Source of the DNA: Lama glama | Lineage: Eukaryota | DNA: 64,000 nt | Direction of reading: 5' to 3' | NCBI GenBank assembly: GCA_028534125.1 | Contig: CM052846.1 | Location: 496,001 to 560,000 of the forward strand | Shown: positions 1-12,734 of the stretch, piece by piece | Numbering within the stretch: position 1 is the stretch's first letter | How the letters are laid out: the number at the start of each line of letters is the position of its first letter | Made by a program: the position numbers and the translations under genes | The notes under the pieces: model-generated | The model's database searches: none | The model's input: only the letters and a program-made list of their open reading frames with translations | Told to the model about the DNA's origin: nothing

Positions 1-120
1 GCCGCGTTGGAAGCCCGTGCCCTCCACCCTCCTGCTGCCTCTTTAGGCGGGGGCGGCCCCTGGCGACGTGGGGTCTGCCCTTTCACCTGGGCCCACCCTG
101 TCTGGGCACATTTGCCCCTT

Positions 121-345
121 TTCCAATAAAGACAAACCAACATGAAATCTATAATTATCACTACTAATTCCACTTAATTAGTCACAAGCCAGCAGCCAAA
201 TTGGCTTTCTCGTAATTATCTGATAAGCAGTAAGCACATCTCGTAGATTATAATTAACACTACTTAATTAAAACCTAACATACATACACCCTTTCCTCAA
301 AATACATCTAATTGGGTTCATAACAGCAGCAGATAAGAACTCTTC
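121..345. promoter_or_regulatory. AT-rich homeodomain/GATA motif cluster, candidate enhancer
   Basis: TAATTA occurs five times (152, 175, 213, 251, 265), with CTAATTGG at 308 and CCAATAAA at 123. GATA motifs lie at 155, 216-226 (TTATCTGATAA, two opposed sites) and 331. Flanks are GC-rich and I recognise no repeat here. Function is inferred. Confidence 0.45.
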
Positions 346-3300
346 CTTGGTCCCCCATCCCCACCCCAGGATTTCGCGTATCTGCGCTTCCAGCCCCCGG
401 AGAGAACCGAGATGGGTTACAGGCGCTTTGGCTGATGGATTCCTTGCGGCAACTTACATACTTACTCCTCGGGGGACGGAGGAAAGTCGCTGGTCTCTCC
501 CCTCTCTCGAAGTGTCTCCCCCAAACTGAGAAATGCCCGGCCCCCGACGGCCGCTCGCTGGTTCAGGCCGCACGCCAGGGACACTTGAGCTTCCCGCCTG
601 GGCTCCTCTGCCTCTGTCCTGCCGCAGGCAGCGTCAGAAATCCCTGTCCACCTCTAAACTGGGAAGAAACCCCTCTCAGACTTCCTGGCAAGATGTTTGG
701 AAATGAATGGGGTCCAGAGCCGTTTTGAAGTTATGAGTGGCGGTGATGGCGTCTCCACCCGCTTCCATCTCGGGCTGAGCTGAGGGCGGCGGGCGTCTGG
801 GCCTGCGGGCGCTGGCTGGGGTGAGAGGGCGGACCGTTCAGCGTCTTGAAAGTGCAAAGGCTCTATTCCTGGTGAGACCGCTGGCCACCCGTTGCTCAGA
901 GACGAGTTCAGAGAGCGGGTTCCAGAGGACCCCGGCGGTGGTGACTTCCTGGCCTTCGTGAGCTCGTGTGACACCAACGGGGCGGCAGGGAGCCTCGGCC
1001 ATGCCCCTGGGGGGAGATGGACCAGGGGGACGTGGACCCTCCTGGCGCAGTGGCCTGCACCGAGGGTCCACACAGACGGGAGGGAGGAGGGAGGTGGCGC
1101 CCACCGGCGCCGTGCGCTTCCCAGGCTGTCCTGCCGGGCTCGGTGCCTCTCCCTGTCATCTCCTAGTTGTCTCACTTTTCTCCGTGCCTGCTCTGGCACC
1201 AGGAAATGGAAGGCAGGAATGCGTGGTTTCTGCTTCGATCCCTAGCGTTGGGGGATTACTGGTCACGTTTCAGAGTCTCAGACGAGGCCTGGGACAGTCA
1301 GCTGAGGTGGGGCGGTGGCAGGAGGACTGGAACCAACTGTCCTCCAGGCGCTCACTGCTCGCCCTCCTCCCAGACACTCCTGCCGCCGCGCGTCGCTGTC
1401 CTGCACCTGCGCTTCCGGTTCTCAGGGCAGCGCCTGGGTTAGTGCGCCCGCTGCCGGGCCCTCACCCACTCCGTGCATCCCAGCAGCTACTGAGTGCCCC
1501 GCGTGTGCCGGTTAACGGGTGGACGGATGAATGTCCCATGGCTACTTTCCTGCTGAAAAAAAGGGCCAACTACTGCACAGGGAAAATACTGCATCCCGAG
1601 CTGTGAGATTGACCTCATCTTCACGGCCACTAACTTTCTCCCCGGATCCTGTCTTGGATCAGGAAAGTCTCACCCCCGACAGCGATCGGAGGGGCAATGT
1701 CCACCGACAAAGTGTCCTGGTATTCCTCCCCACCCGCCTCCTTCTCTCTGTCCCCGGTCAGACCGTTGGGCCAGTGGGCCGTCGTTGGCAGCGCAGCCTG
1801 GCTTTGGGGAAGGAGTCGGATGTCGAGCTGCCCGTTTGTTCGTGGGCCACCGGGAGGGGCTGCAAAGGCCTTGGAGGATGAGCCTGCGTGTTGAAAATTG
1901 CCTTCGTGGCTTTTGGCCCTGGTCCCATTTTCTCCTTGTATCTTGGGTTCCTGTTGCCTCGGCCAGGCTGGGTGGTGGTGACAGCTGTGTGGACACAGGG
2001 AGGAGACCTCCGCCTGGGCCATCGTTTCGCTGGTGGCCCTCGGCGTCTTTGAAGCCTTGCTGTCCTTCATCCTCATCCGCCCCCGCTGAGCTCAGCTTGT
2101 GTTCACCGCCCTCCGCCCGGGAGGCGCTGCCCCCGTCGTGCCTCTCTCATCCTGCCCCTCACTCCGCAGGGCCTTTCCAAACCTCCAGGGTCTTGGCTGC
2201 AGGCATCCCCTCCTCTGGGAGGAGTCTCAGGGGAGGCCCTCTGTTCATCCCGCTCCTTTGACCGAGGCTGCCTGTGCCACCGCCTCCCCCTCCACGCTGG
2301 GCCCTCCGTGACGCTCTGGGCTCGAATAAATTACGTTTCCTAAGGTTAAGACTGGATTTCAGTGGTCGGCTCCCCTCTGATGTCTCTGTTACTTTCGAGA
2401 GCTGGTGGGTTTGCGAAGGGAACCGCTCTCTCCGCGGGGCCACCGCCGGGAAGGGGCTGTTGGGGATTCTGCAAAATCCTGAAGCCCGTCTTCTCCTCCA
2501 TGTCACTGCGACAGGGCAGGAGGGCTGTTTCTGCCCGGTGCTTCTTGTTTTGAAAGTCCATGAGCAAGGGACTTGCTCTGTCTCTCTGCAGAACCATTGA
2601 ACGCTGGAGGGAAGAAATGAAAAAGAAGACGGGGAGTGGGAGGGGGAGGCAGGGGGACAGAGAGGAAGAGAGACAGGCAGCCGCCTCCCCCACGGCTGCA
2701 GTCCCCGGGGAGCGGGTACCTGGGGCGCGTGTGTCGTAGTTGGCTGGGCGTGTTTGCATTCTCCTGGACGTGGTACTGAATGGCAGAAAACACACACGCA
2801 CCCCCCCAAAAACACAAAAGCACATCTGAGACACCCAGCTGTGCCGTGATGATGTCATCAAGAGCCGCAGCGTCTGCCAGCACCTTCCCGCGGGAGGGCG
2901 ATCGAGCACGGCTCGCCCCAGGGCTGGGAGCCAAGGTGGGGCGTCCCCGGCCTCGTCAGGAGCCTGATGGCAGCCTCGGGAGCTACCTGTGTGCCGCTCA
3001 GGGGCAGGTCCTCCAGCGGCTCCTCAGCACCCTGGACTTCATCGCTGAAGGAGGCAGGTGCTTGCTGTGCACACGCAGAGGACAGGGCCAGCACGTCCGA
3101 GGTCCGCGCTCTCGCCTCGCCCTGCTGTCTATCCTCTGTGCAGAGAGAGGGTCTGAAACACGCAGGCCGAGGTTCAGGCTGATCTCAGAGCTCAGGCGGG
3201 GCCGCCTGGCCCCCGGTGTTTTCAGCCTGCTGGCTTTCGGCTTTAGTGTCCTGAGGGGAGTTTGTGGTTGTGCGGACGTGTGACGGCTCATGCAGCAGTC

Positions 3301-4559
3301 AGGCCGCACAGGTACAAGAACCTCTCAGCCCGGGAGTTATCGAGAGCGGTGACGTGAGACTGAGATTCAAAACTCAGCGGAAAGCGCCTCCTCCCTGCCC
3401 CCCTCCACCCCCGTGTCATCAGTACCGATCCAGCCTCTCGGATGTTTCTGGAGGTGCTCTGCTCCCCTCCTCAGCCCCTGCCCATATCCTGGTTCACTCC
3501 CCGTCATCCTTGCCTTGTTCAGGGCAACGTGGTCCTTCCCCGGGGGCCCAGCACACCCGGGAGGGGCGGCTGCCTGTGTCTGTCCCCTGCTGCCATCCAT
3601 CAGCGTCTTCGGCGGCCTTCGGGGAAGGACCTCCGCTCCAGAGCTTGGCACCTGCGGTCTGGCCCTGCCCACGTCACAGCCTCATGTGTCTGCGGTCTCC
3701 CCGCCCCCGCCGTCGCCCTGAATACACGGGTTGGACTCCTTCTGCTCCCCTTGTGTCCGTGTTTCTTGTCTCTCAGGACCCTGGTTCTGCCTGGCCCCCC
3801 GCCCCCTGCCCCGGCCCGGGCTGGAGACGCCTGCGCTATGCTACCAGGGCAGCCTTCGGCGTACCTGCCCTGGAACTCACCACGGGGCCTTACCTGCCTA
3901 TTCCCTGTTTCTCTTATACTGGACTCTCATCTCTTTGCGGAGAGCCACGCTCACCGGGAGCAGCAGCCCACACGTGGAAGCTGTCTGAATGCGCAGGCCC
4001 GGCAGCCTTCGGGGCTCCCCCTAGAAGCAGGTGCAGGTCTGATGAGATGAGAGAAGCGCGTGGCGGCCAGTGCTTCCCAGGCTGCGCCGAGTCTGGACTT
4101 TCCCACGAGGGCGCTGCTGGGGCTGGAGACGCTCCCATCCGTAGCTTGAACCTCATGCCGCGCGCCCTCGTTCAGGGACCCGCAGACCGAGAGCTCCCGG
4201 GAATGTTAAGTTAACGTTTACATGAAGAATGTAACTGTCTATTCATAACGGCAAGACAAACCCATTTACTTATCAAACAAAAATAGATTAACTGAGAGCA
4301 AGTGGAGCAAAGGAAACGGAAGGTGAAGGGGGGCGTCCTCCGGGCAGCACGGCGGTCTCCGCGTCCTTAGCTTTGACGACGCCGCTTCTAGCTCAGCCCG
4401 TTTTCAGCGATGTTCATCCGTTCCCATCACGAGGATCACGTTCTTATTAAAGTGCTACTTTCTGAAACGTTGTGCTAAGGACAGCGGGCATTTGTAAGTT
4501 GTCAGTGGAGGTGGTCTGGGTAAGGCTCGCCCTCCTTGAAGACCGTCCGTCCTCTTGGA

Positions 4560-5480
4560 GCTCCCAGGACGGCAAGAGGGAGAGACAGTCCCGGAGGACG
4601 GGGCGGAGAGAGCAGCCCGCACAGCGCTGCGGCCCTGGGCGGCTGGGCCTCCGGGCCGGGGGCGGGCGGCAGGGGACTGAGGCCGCGCGCCTGGCCCCGG
4701 GGGAGCCTCGGGCCGAGGTCCACGCACCCGGGCGGGGGTGCTGCTGGTCCTTGGGGCCTGCTCGCAGATGTCTGCAGCCGACCTTGGACCTGCACTTTGC
4801 AGAAACATGCAAGGACGTGTCCTCACGACGAGGAAAACAAAAGGATTCCTTGCGGGGGGAAGACCAAATAGAGTGGCCACGGCTCTTTCTGGAGGGATGG
4901 GGGCCCCCTGGGGCTCGGGTGGCGGGCTCAGCGCTGGTGCTCAGCCAGGCTCCCTGCAGGGGGGCGACGTGGCCCTGACAGTGCTCCCCGCCCTCCGAAA
5001 ATTGAGCAGGGCCGGTGGGGCTCCCCACCTAGGACGGGCTCGGCCGCCCTGGGCCTCGCGGTCACGGCGGGGAGAGGGTGTGGTTCTGAGGGGCGACTGC
5101 CCTCTGGCTCTGCCCGGGGGGCCGTGACGCTCGGAGGTGTTGCCCCCTGTACTGGCTGGGGCCTGCCGGGGGCGAGTAATCTCGCTGCTTCCTCCGGAAC
5201 GCGTGGCCCCGCCTCCTGTGGCTCTGCAGTCGTGGGCGGGCGATGGCGAGAAGCGCGTCCTGTTGAAGAGGCCTCGCTGGGCTGCGCACGGTCTCCCCCG
5301 AGGCGAGGCAGATGAGTCGAGGGTTTGTGTGGAGAGTTTTGTGCAGACAAGAGGAGCAGCGAAAGGCCCTCGTCTCTGGAAGAAGGGGTGCGAGGGGGTC
5401 GCTGCCTTCCCGCCAGTAGCAGGAGAAGACCACCCGCACCTCCATCTCCGGCCCACCCCCGCGGCCCCGTCCCCGGGCCC
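4560..5480. other. CpG-dense, GC-rich segment (CpG-island-like)
   Basis: Very high GC with frequent CG dinucleotides and GGGGCGG boxes, judged by eye. The whole window is CpG-rich, so island status is uncertain. Confidence 0.35.
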
Positions 5481-5803
5481 AAATGACCTGCGTGACCTTG
5501 GCCCACCTTCAAGGGCACCCGGGACCCCTTTCTGTTTGCTGCTCTCTTCCCTGGGTCCTCCTGGCACAAACTCTGTTCCAGTTCCAGTGGTGGTTAAGAT
5601 ACGCCGACCTTTTATTTTTTTTCCTGTTTCATCCCATTTTTTCTCTTTTTTTAAACACATGTTTAAAGACTGCAGAGGCAGAGAAGGGATGTGACACACC
5701 TGTGAGGGGTCCTTGCATCCCCACGCCCCGGGGCCCCTGTTTCCCTTCCTGGAGTCTTCCCTGTGCTTCCCAGACTCTGCTGTGCCCGTGCGAGCGAACT
5801 CTG

Positions 5804-5838
5804 TCTCTCTCTCTCACTCTCACACGCACGCACGCACG
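5804..5838. repeat. compound microsatellite (CT)n-(CA)n-(CGCA)n
   Basis: The sequence reads tctctctctctcactctcacacgcacgcacgcacg. Confidence 0.8.
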
Positions 5839-8800
5839 GCAGCACGTACCGTACCCTGCTCTGTGTCTTGGCCTGTCACTGGACGATATTTCTCGGAGAT
5901 GATTCCAGGTCAGCGGATCAAGGCCCTTTCACGTGCCCCTTTGATTGCGTCTCCCTTCCCTTCTTCTCGGGTTCTGTCCTCGACGCCCCTTCTGTCGTGA
6001 AGTCTCCCCCCGTTGCCGCAGCCTCCAGTGGCCGCTGCCTGGCCGAGCCGTAGGTTGTGTGATTCTGAGTGGCTCGTGCTCCGTCTTGCTGCCCGTGTTA
6101 ACGTGCTGGGGTCCCAGCTTCCCAGGTAGATGGGGGTGTCCGTAAGGACGCAGCACTGCCCACGTAATGGGCGGCCTTGTCCGGAGCAGGGAGGCAGGCA
6201 GTTTGCTGGCTTGACGGGCGGCTCAGGGAATGGAACCTGCCGCCTGTGCCTTGTCAGAGTCTGTGTCCGGGACCAGGTCTGTTTGCCCCTACCCTGAGCG
6301 GCTTCCCCAGTGTCTCTGGGGATGGTCGTGCATGTCCCGAGCAAAGGGAACAGGGTGGTGTGTCCAGGCTTGTTTTCCTCCAGAGCCAGCTGCTCTGCCC
6401 ACTTTTCCTGCAGAAGTCAGTGGTGAGAGGGTCTGCCAGGGCACCGGGCACGGAGCAGTGAGACCCGCCCTCTTGGTCAGACGTGCTCGGGGTCAAGGCC
6501 CGTCCACGGTGGCCTCGAGGACTGGCGGATGCACGGCGGCCTTCAGGTCTGTGGAAGCACTGTGCTGGTCGGGCCGAGGAAAGGAGGGAGGTGATGCTCT
6601 GTGTCCCAGACCCGCCCTGACTCCGGGGAGCGGGGACCGCGGGTCGGGGTGGCTCTGCTGCTCTCCCACCCTCTGGCCACTCCTCCCCGAGGAGAGTCTC
6701 CCCCGGGACTGGCCCCAGATGAAGCACGTCACTCCACATCAGCCCAGCGAACTGAACTCTCACAGACTCGCTAGTTCAGGCTCCCCGCGCATTCCCAGGG
6801 GGTGCTGGTGCAAAGCCGTCAGTGTTTCTTTTGCGAGAAAATCACGTTGCTTCTTTCAAGTGGGGAATGCAAACCTGGCTTTTGGGACTTAAAGACAAGC
6901 CTCCAGGTTCTTGGTGCAGACGCGGAGTCAGCAGCCCTGGGAAGCGGCGGCCGGGCTGAGGGGCCAGGGCCTCGCTCCAGAGGCCTGTTGTCGCCTGGTT
7001 CAGGAGACGGAAGGAAACACAGGCCGACGGCCCGGAGCGATGCTGTCCAGGTGGGCAGTAAGCATGCACACCTGCTGTGGGGCGGGAGATGAGATCGTGG
7101 ACTGAGACGGTTCAGGAAGTTTCCCTGGGGGTGAGCCAGGCTTTGCAGAGGAGAAAGGAGGGAGGGGGCGGCACAGACGTGCGGGCTGGGGCGGTGGAGG
7201 GGGGAGGAGCGGGACAGAGCCCGCTTCCAAAGCCGGCTGGGTTCAGACTGAGGAGAGCAACGCTCAAACTAAGAGCCGTGGGCTCTTCCCCAAAGTGACC
7301 AGAGGGCATGGCTGTGGGGAGGGAAGGCTGGAGCTGTTGCTCAGGGACAGAAGGGGCTGCAGCGGCCTGCGGTGGCGGGGGGGTGGGGTGGGTGCAGCCG
7401 GAGAGGAAAGAGCGAAGGGCCAGTTACTTCGGATTCGCCCGCCCCCAGGGAGGCACCAGGGAACAGACATTTCTGAGAAATGGCTCTTCTCGTCATCTTC
7501 AGTGTGGGTGAGCCGGTCAGCGTCTCTGCTGGGAGAGGGGGCCATCAGCCCCTTCTGGGCCAGGTCAGGGGCCCGGGGCCGACCTGCCCTCTGGTCCCAC
7601 GGAGGGGCTCAGAATTCCTCCTTGTCAATGTTCCAGAAGCATCCTCTGCTCCCCCCGGGAGAGAGAGCTGTGAGCATGTCACGCTGATCACTTCCCCCGG
7701 GGGAGGGGTTGCAGGTGAGTCCAAGATACGGTGAGAGGGCCCGGGGTCGGGGGGGGGCAGGGCTCAGAGAATCATGATGGATTATTCTCCCGGGTGCCTG
7801 GCAGACGCCTCTTCCTGCTGGTGTCCCAGTGGAGCCCGTGGTGCCTGGAAGGGCTCTCGGCCAAACGTGCTTTTGTCCTAAGCCCGTCTGCCTTGAGAAC
7901 GTTTTCTCCAGGCCCCCTGTCACTTGTGGGTCTGGTGCCGGGCGCCCACGGGCAGCAGGCGACCAGCTCTGAGTGGACCTGGGGCCCGGCAGCCAGCGTT
8001 ACTGGAGGCTGAATCCTGGAGGGCCTGGGAAGCCCTGCCCATGTCCCCTGGTCAATCCAGGGCTGCGGGGGGTGCGGGGGCCTGGGAGAGCCCGTGCTGG
8101 CGGGACCCCTCCTCCCGCAGGAGAGGGACGTGGAGGCCCAGGTCGGGGGGCGTCAGCCGAGGGCACCTGCTCAAGGAGCCGAGTGCTGTGGGATTCAGTA
8201 CATAGCTTTTCACGTGTTTTTGCGAGAAGAGTGTTTCTCAGCTTAGTGAAGGGGCAGGACAAGCTGGGTTTTGATTCATGAGCTTTGGCCTTAGCGCTGT
8301 GCTGTTAAGTCAAAGGAGAGCATGTTGTTAGTTAGTAGTGGAAACTTCCAAGGGGAAAGGTAGGTAATCCTGCCGGGGGTGGGGGAAAGCTAGACCTGAT
8401 GTTCCTTTTCTCTCTCTGAGTAAGTGATGGAAAAAGTTGAAATCTTTAAGGGCCGTTCATTCCTTTGATTGGAGTCTGGACCACACCGTCCTTTTTCACA
8501 ATATCAAAGAAGGGGATGTTGGTGGGTGACAAGTGGCATCTCTGACATCAAGAAGCGTTTTTCTCTGTCCAGTCAAGACAAACGCACGTTTGACCTGTTC
8601 CTAGAGGTCTCCACAGTGGTCATAGTGTCACTTCCCTGGAATGAGTGATCTCTTCCGTCACGTGTGCCGTCAAGACGGAACGTTCTGCTTTCTTCCTCTT
8701 TGCCTTTTCCCCGTTTAGTCTGTCCTCTGGAATTCAATTGACAGTAATTGATCAGCATCTTAAGACAACTTTTATGTATTAGAAAATGGTTGAATTCTAC

Positions 8801-9859
8801 CCCAGACTCCTGCTCACCCAGCTATGTAGCTCCGAAGCCCTTTCGCCTTTTCCAGCCAATAGTCAATGCTCACTAAATATCGATGCCATTTTTCAGTATC
8901 CTACGCGCTTTTGGCTGGAGGAACTCTTAGCAGCGTACCTGGGTTTGCCCACGTTTGTTTTGTTGCCCCTTCAGGGCGGAAAGCGTCTGTGCCCTGTAAG
9001 ATCTCTCACAAACAGCAGCACAGGGCTGGAGAGGTACTGCACCGCGATAACCCTGCCATCTGGGGCCTGACCGATGGACACAGCGTTTTCAGCACTTCGT
9101 ATCTGCGACGTGGTGTCAGTGAACATGTTCCAGATGAATCTTTAGAGCCTGGAATTCAGAACCCTGAGGCAATTAAGATGCAAACAAAAGGAACCCTGAT
9201 CTCCAAAGCTTTGCAGCTTTGATTACTCTGGTAGCCAGGCCCCTTAACGCGGCTCCTTGGCAGGAATCCCTAAAATCCAAAAGAGGATTGCCAGCTCTCA
9301 GGGCTTCTGCTTGGGGCTGTAGTTGGATTAGATGGTTTCCAAACAGTCTCTCACACCTAAGCTCATGTGTTTCCGGGGCCCCCAGGGGACAGAAATTCTG
9401 TTCTCCCTCCAGATCCCTGTGTGCGTGGATCTCCTTCCGTCTACATCCGAACACCTGATGAATATCGCCCCTTCAGACACCCGTGTGTGTGCGTTCGCGT
9501 GTCGGCTCTGTCCTGTCACTCATACTCGTTTTGGCTTTCTTCCGTCTCCCTCTGCATGACGGACTTCCGGGTTAGCCTCGGACACACAGGGCTCCTAACC
9601 TGTGGTGCGGCTTCTGCCGCACGGGGCACGGCCGCCTGCAGAACATCTAGGGGTTCGGGGATGGTGGCGGTGCCCTGGACCAGGGAGAGAGGCTGCGGCA
9701 GGGCTGGGGCGGCCAGCGCAGCCCACCGAGGCCCCCAGGACGGCCCGGCTGTCGGCTCGGCGCCCTGAGATGAGACGCAGCGAAGTTGTAAAGGGCACAT
9801 CCATTTTTAAGCGATCTGTGTGTTTGGCTTCTCTTTATTTTTGGCAGTTGTTTGTCAAG

Positions 9860-10140
9860 AGAAAAAAAAAACAATTTGTAGGGAAATTAAATAAATAATT
9901 ACTCCCTATCAAAGGGAAAGTAAAGTAATAAATTATAAGTCTTTCTTTCCCCCTGTCAGAGTTTAACATTTCAGCATCTGATCAAAAGTTTTAAAATCCC
10001 ATTTTTAGGCTTACAGTACATTAGATAAATGGGTTCTTAAAATGCACTTACTCACAACAGAACCTCATTCTGATTAAATTTTCAATTCAGCCACCACCTA
10101 CTTTATTTTTTATGGGCTTCATTAGAGAGACTTAAAAAAA
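9860..10140. promoter_or_regulatory. AT-rich island with TCF, MEIS and HOX-type motifs, candidate enhancer
   Basis: ATCAAAG at 9908, CTGTCA at 9953, TGATTAA at 10071, TTTATGG at 10109. Not recognised as a repeat. Confidence 0.35.
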
Positions 10141-10699
10141 AATTGTCCAGTGCTCCAAGCATTGCTGGAACTTGGTGCAAGATGAATTGTTGGGGTTTCC
10201 AGCTACGATTCTGCTGACTCTGGATTGGGAGAGAAGTAACCCCAAGGCTGCTTCTCAGCCAGACACCAGTCCAGGGCTCCCCTCAGCCCTTTTCATGAAC
10301 CACATTATGGGGTCTTTGCAGGGTGGCCGGGGCCTGGGGCTGGATCTCTGTGGCTCTGGGGAAATCACTGAGGTGACGTGTGCTGGGTGGAGATCTGGCT
10401 GCGTTCAGTGTGGGCGCTTGTGGTCAGTGGGAGGCCTGCATGCTCATCTTCACTTCGTACTAACTAGCTTGGGACTGTTGGCAAATCACACCTAGATCTT
10501 CAGTGAATCCTGGGAGGTGCTCTGAAGCCAGCCTCACGCTTGGCGGAGGAACACAGCGGTGTCCACTAAGGCTGAGTGCCCCACTGAACGTCGTGGGGAG
10601 ACGTCTGTGGTCACGGCTGGGTTTTTGACCCGGTGTACTGCCTGCCTGCTGCCACGCTGTTCGAGCTGGTTAAGCTCCGAGATGGCGCACGGTGACCTG

Positions 10700-11640
10700 C
10701 TTTACAGCATTAGTTTTTTATTAAGAACATAGATGTGGAGTTATTTTCAAAGCTACAAAGCAAACCATGAAAACGATGAAATGACTTGTGCGTTTTTGGT
10801 GTTTGTTTCTGGGCTGAGATCCCCATCGGCTCAGGCGTCTTCCTGCCTCTTCTTGAGCGTCGTGACGAAAGCTGCTTCCCAGGCCCTGTCCCCCGTCCCT
10901 CGTCTGCGCTGTCAGGGGTTTGGTTCTCACCGATGGCCTGTCCTCTGGATCGTGGGCCGCGTTTTCCTGTTTCTCTGTAGTCTGGTGATCTTTGGCACGT
11001 TCTGGGCGTTGTGGCTGGTGCAGAGTCTGGTGATCTTTGGCGCGTTCTGGGCGTTGTGGCTGGTGCAGAGTCTAGATGGCATTGTGCTCTCTGAATATAC
11101 TGATTTTCCTTAAAGCAGGTAGTCAACTTGGCAGGATTCAAACTTCAGCCTGTCTCCTCTGTGGGGGGCACTGATAAAAATTATCGTTCAGTTCTTGTAG
11201 CCTGAGCTGGGTGACTTGTAATCTTCTCTGTGGGTGAGGAGTTGAGGGAGCAGCTAGAAATTCAAACAGGTTCTTTTTAAGGCAGATTTTAGGACTTTTC
11301 TTCCGTGAATAGCTCTTTTGTGGGACTTATCCCCTCAGTTTGTAGCTGCCGTGGTCACTCCAGACTCCCTTGCTTCTGCAGGACAGTAAGACTATAGGTG
11401 CCCTTCTCAGCTTTAGTAGCATCATTCGGTGCTGACTGGAGCTCCCTTCAGACAAAATTTCATACAATATTGGACATCGAGCGAGCGCCATTGTGCTCCT
11501 TTCTGGCAAGTGAATTCTCCTCCACCGCTTCCTGCTTTAGTTTCTTGCTGTCGTCTCCGGGTGCTGTGTTGTTGTTGCTTTCCCTGCAGTTTAATTTTGT
11601 GTGTGTGTGTCTGGATTGATTGATAGTCATTATTTGTGTG
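10700..11640 (-). mobile_element. ancient L1 5'/ORF1-region remnant (L1M-type)
   Basis: T-rich, decayed sequence resembling antisense old L1M 5' ends (e.g. ggcaggattcaaacttcagcctgtctcc). Recognised from memory only. Confidence 0.4.
10979..11073. repeat. 45-bp tandem duplication
   Basis: AGTCTGGTGATCTTTGGC(A/G)CGTTCTGGGCGTTGTGGCTGGTGCAG occurs at 10979-11023 and 11024-11068 with one mismatch, followed by AGTCT. Confidence 0.95.
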
Positions 11641-11939
11641 AAGGTTAATCTGTTAGAAGCTGCTCCTCTGTTACCAAAAAGAGGAGTTGACTTATTTTTT
11701 AACAGATTTCTTTCAGGAGTAAATTTTTTAAATTATTTTCAAGTCTCAGAGTCCTCTTTCCCCGTTACATACAAATGAACACTCCTAGTATAAAAATGGT
11801 AGAAAATGCTATGTTACATACATTTTTATTGTATAGAGTGCAGCCCACATATTTGACTTTTTTCGAGTTCTTGCTATGGGTCAGCAAGGATTTGAGCCTC
11901 TTAGTAACTAAGAAGGAGGTACCATAACCAACCCATTTT

Positions 11940-12095
11940 TTTATTTTTAACACCTCCATTATGGTATGATTCCTGTACAGTAAACTGCACATATTTGAGA
12001 TGAACAATTTGATGAGTTTTAATAGATGTATACACCAGTGAATCTGCCACCACAATCAAGACAGCTAACACTTCCATCGCTCCCCAAAAGGTGTA
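11940..12095 (-). mobile_element. old L1 (L1MC/ME-type) 3' end fragment
   Basis: aatttgatgagttttaatagatgtatacacc...ccaccacaatcaagacagctaacacttccatc matches the antisense L1M 3' terminus. Confidence 0.7.
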
Positions 12096-12734
12096 CATGT
12101 TGCGTGTTTGTGCTGAATGTATGCAGTAAGTATGGAGAACACATATGCATCATAGTTTTAAGAACATGTGCTGTGGACTGAATGCTCTCTTCTGCTGGCT
12201 GGGCTGTTGGCCATTCCTCTTTGCCAGCATCGCTGGAACCTCCCTTTCTCCCCCGGTGACCCAGAGTGACTGGTTTAATCCCCATCTCTTCTTGCCTCTG
12301 CTCTCTCTCCACTTCTGCTTGCCGCTGTGATCTCTTTATTTTTACCCGTGGAAGTTATAGGATACGCAGGAATTGCTGCCTACCCGGGCTAACCTTCAAA
12401 GTTATCGGAGAGGGAAGAAATCTCTCTTTTTTTAAATTTCCATTTTACTCCCCTTTTCTCTCTGGATTGTCCCATTTTTCTCTGAGAATTGTTTCCATCC
12501 TCACAGGGTGTCCCTAAGGCTCTTTCTGCCCCGTCTCCATGTTCTATCCCAGAATTAAATTTGAAAGGTTGGTGACAGCCTGTTTGCTGAATTGAGTCAG
12601 TGTCAAGGTGAGAAAATTTGAAAGGAGATGGGTTTGTACTGGTGTGTCTTCTGTCGCTGGAGGGCAGGTGAACAATCTCCAGGGTCGCCGTGGCCTCTGG
12701 TCCTTGCCTCCTGAGCGTGCCTCGTGGAGCAGTG

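Noticed and set aside
467-526. Possible 60-nt minus-strand exon with a GTAAGT donor
   Set aside because: Poor polypyrimidine tract and an unrecognised peptide (FGGDTSREGRDQRLSSVPRG).
3264-4214. 316-aa ORF
   Set aside because: Pro/Ser/Ala/Arg-rich with no domain similarity I recognise, a non-ATG start and overlapping ORFs in other frames. Expected by chance in GC-rich DNA.
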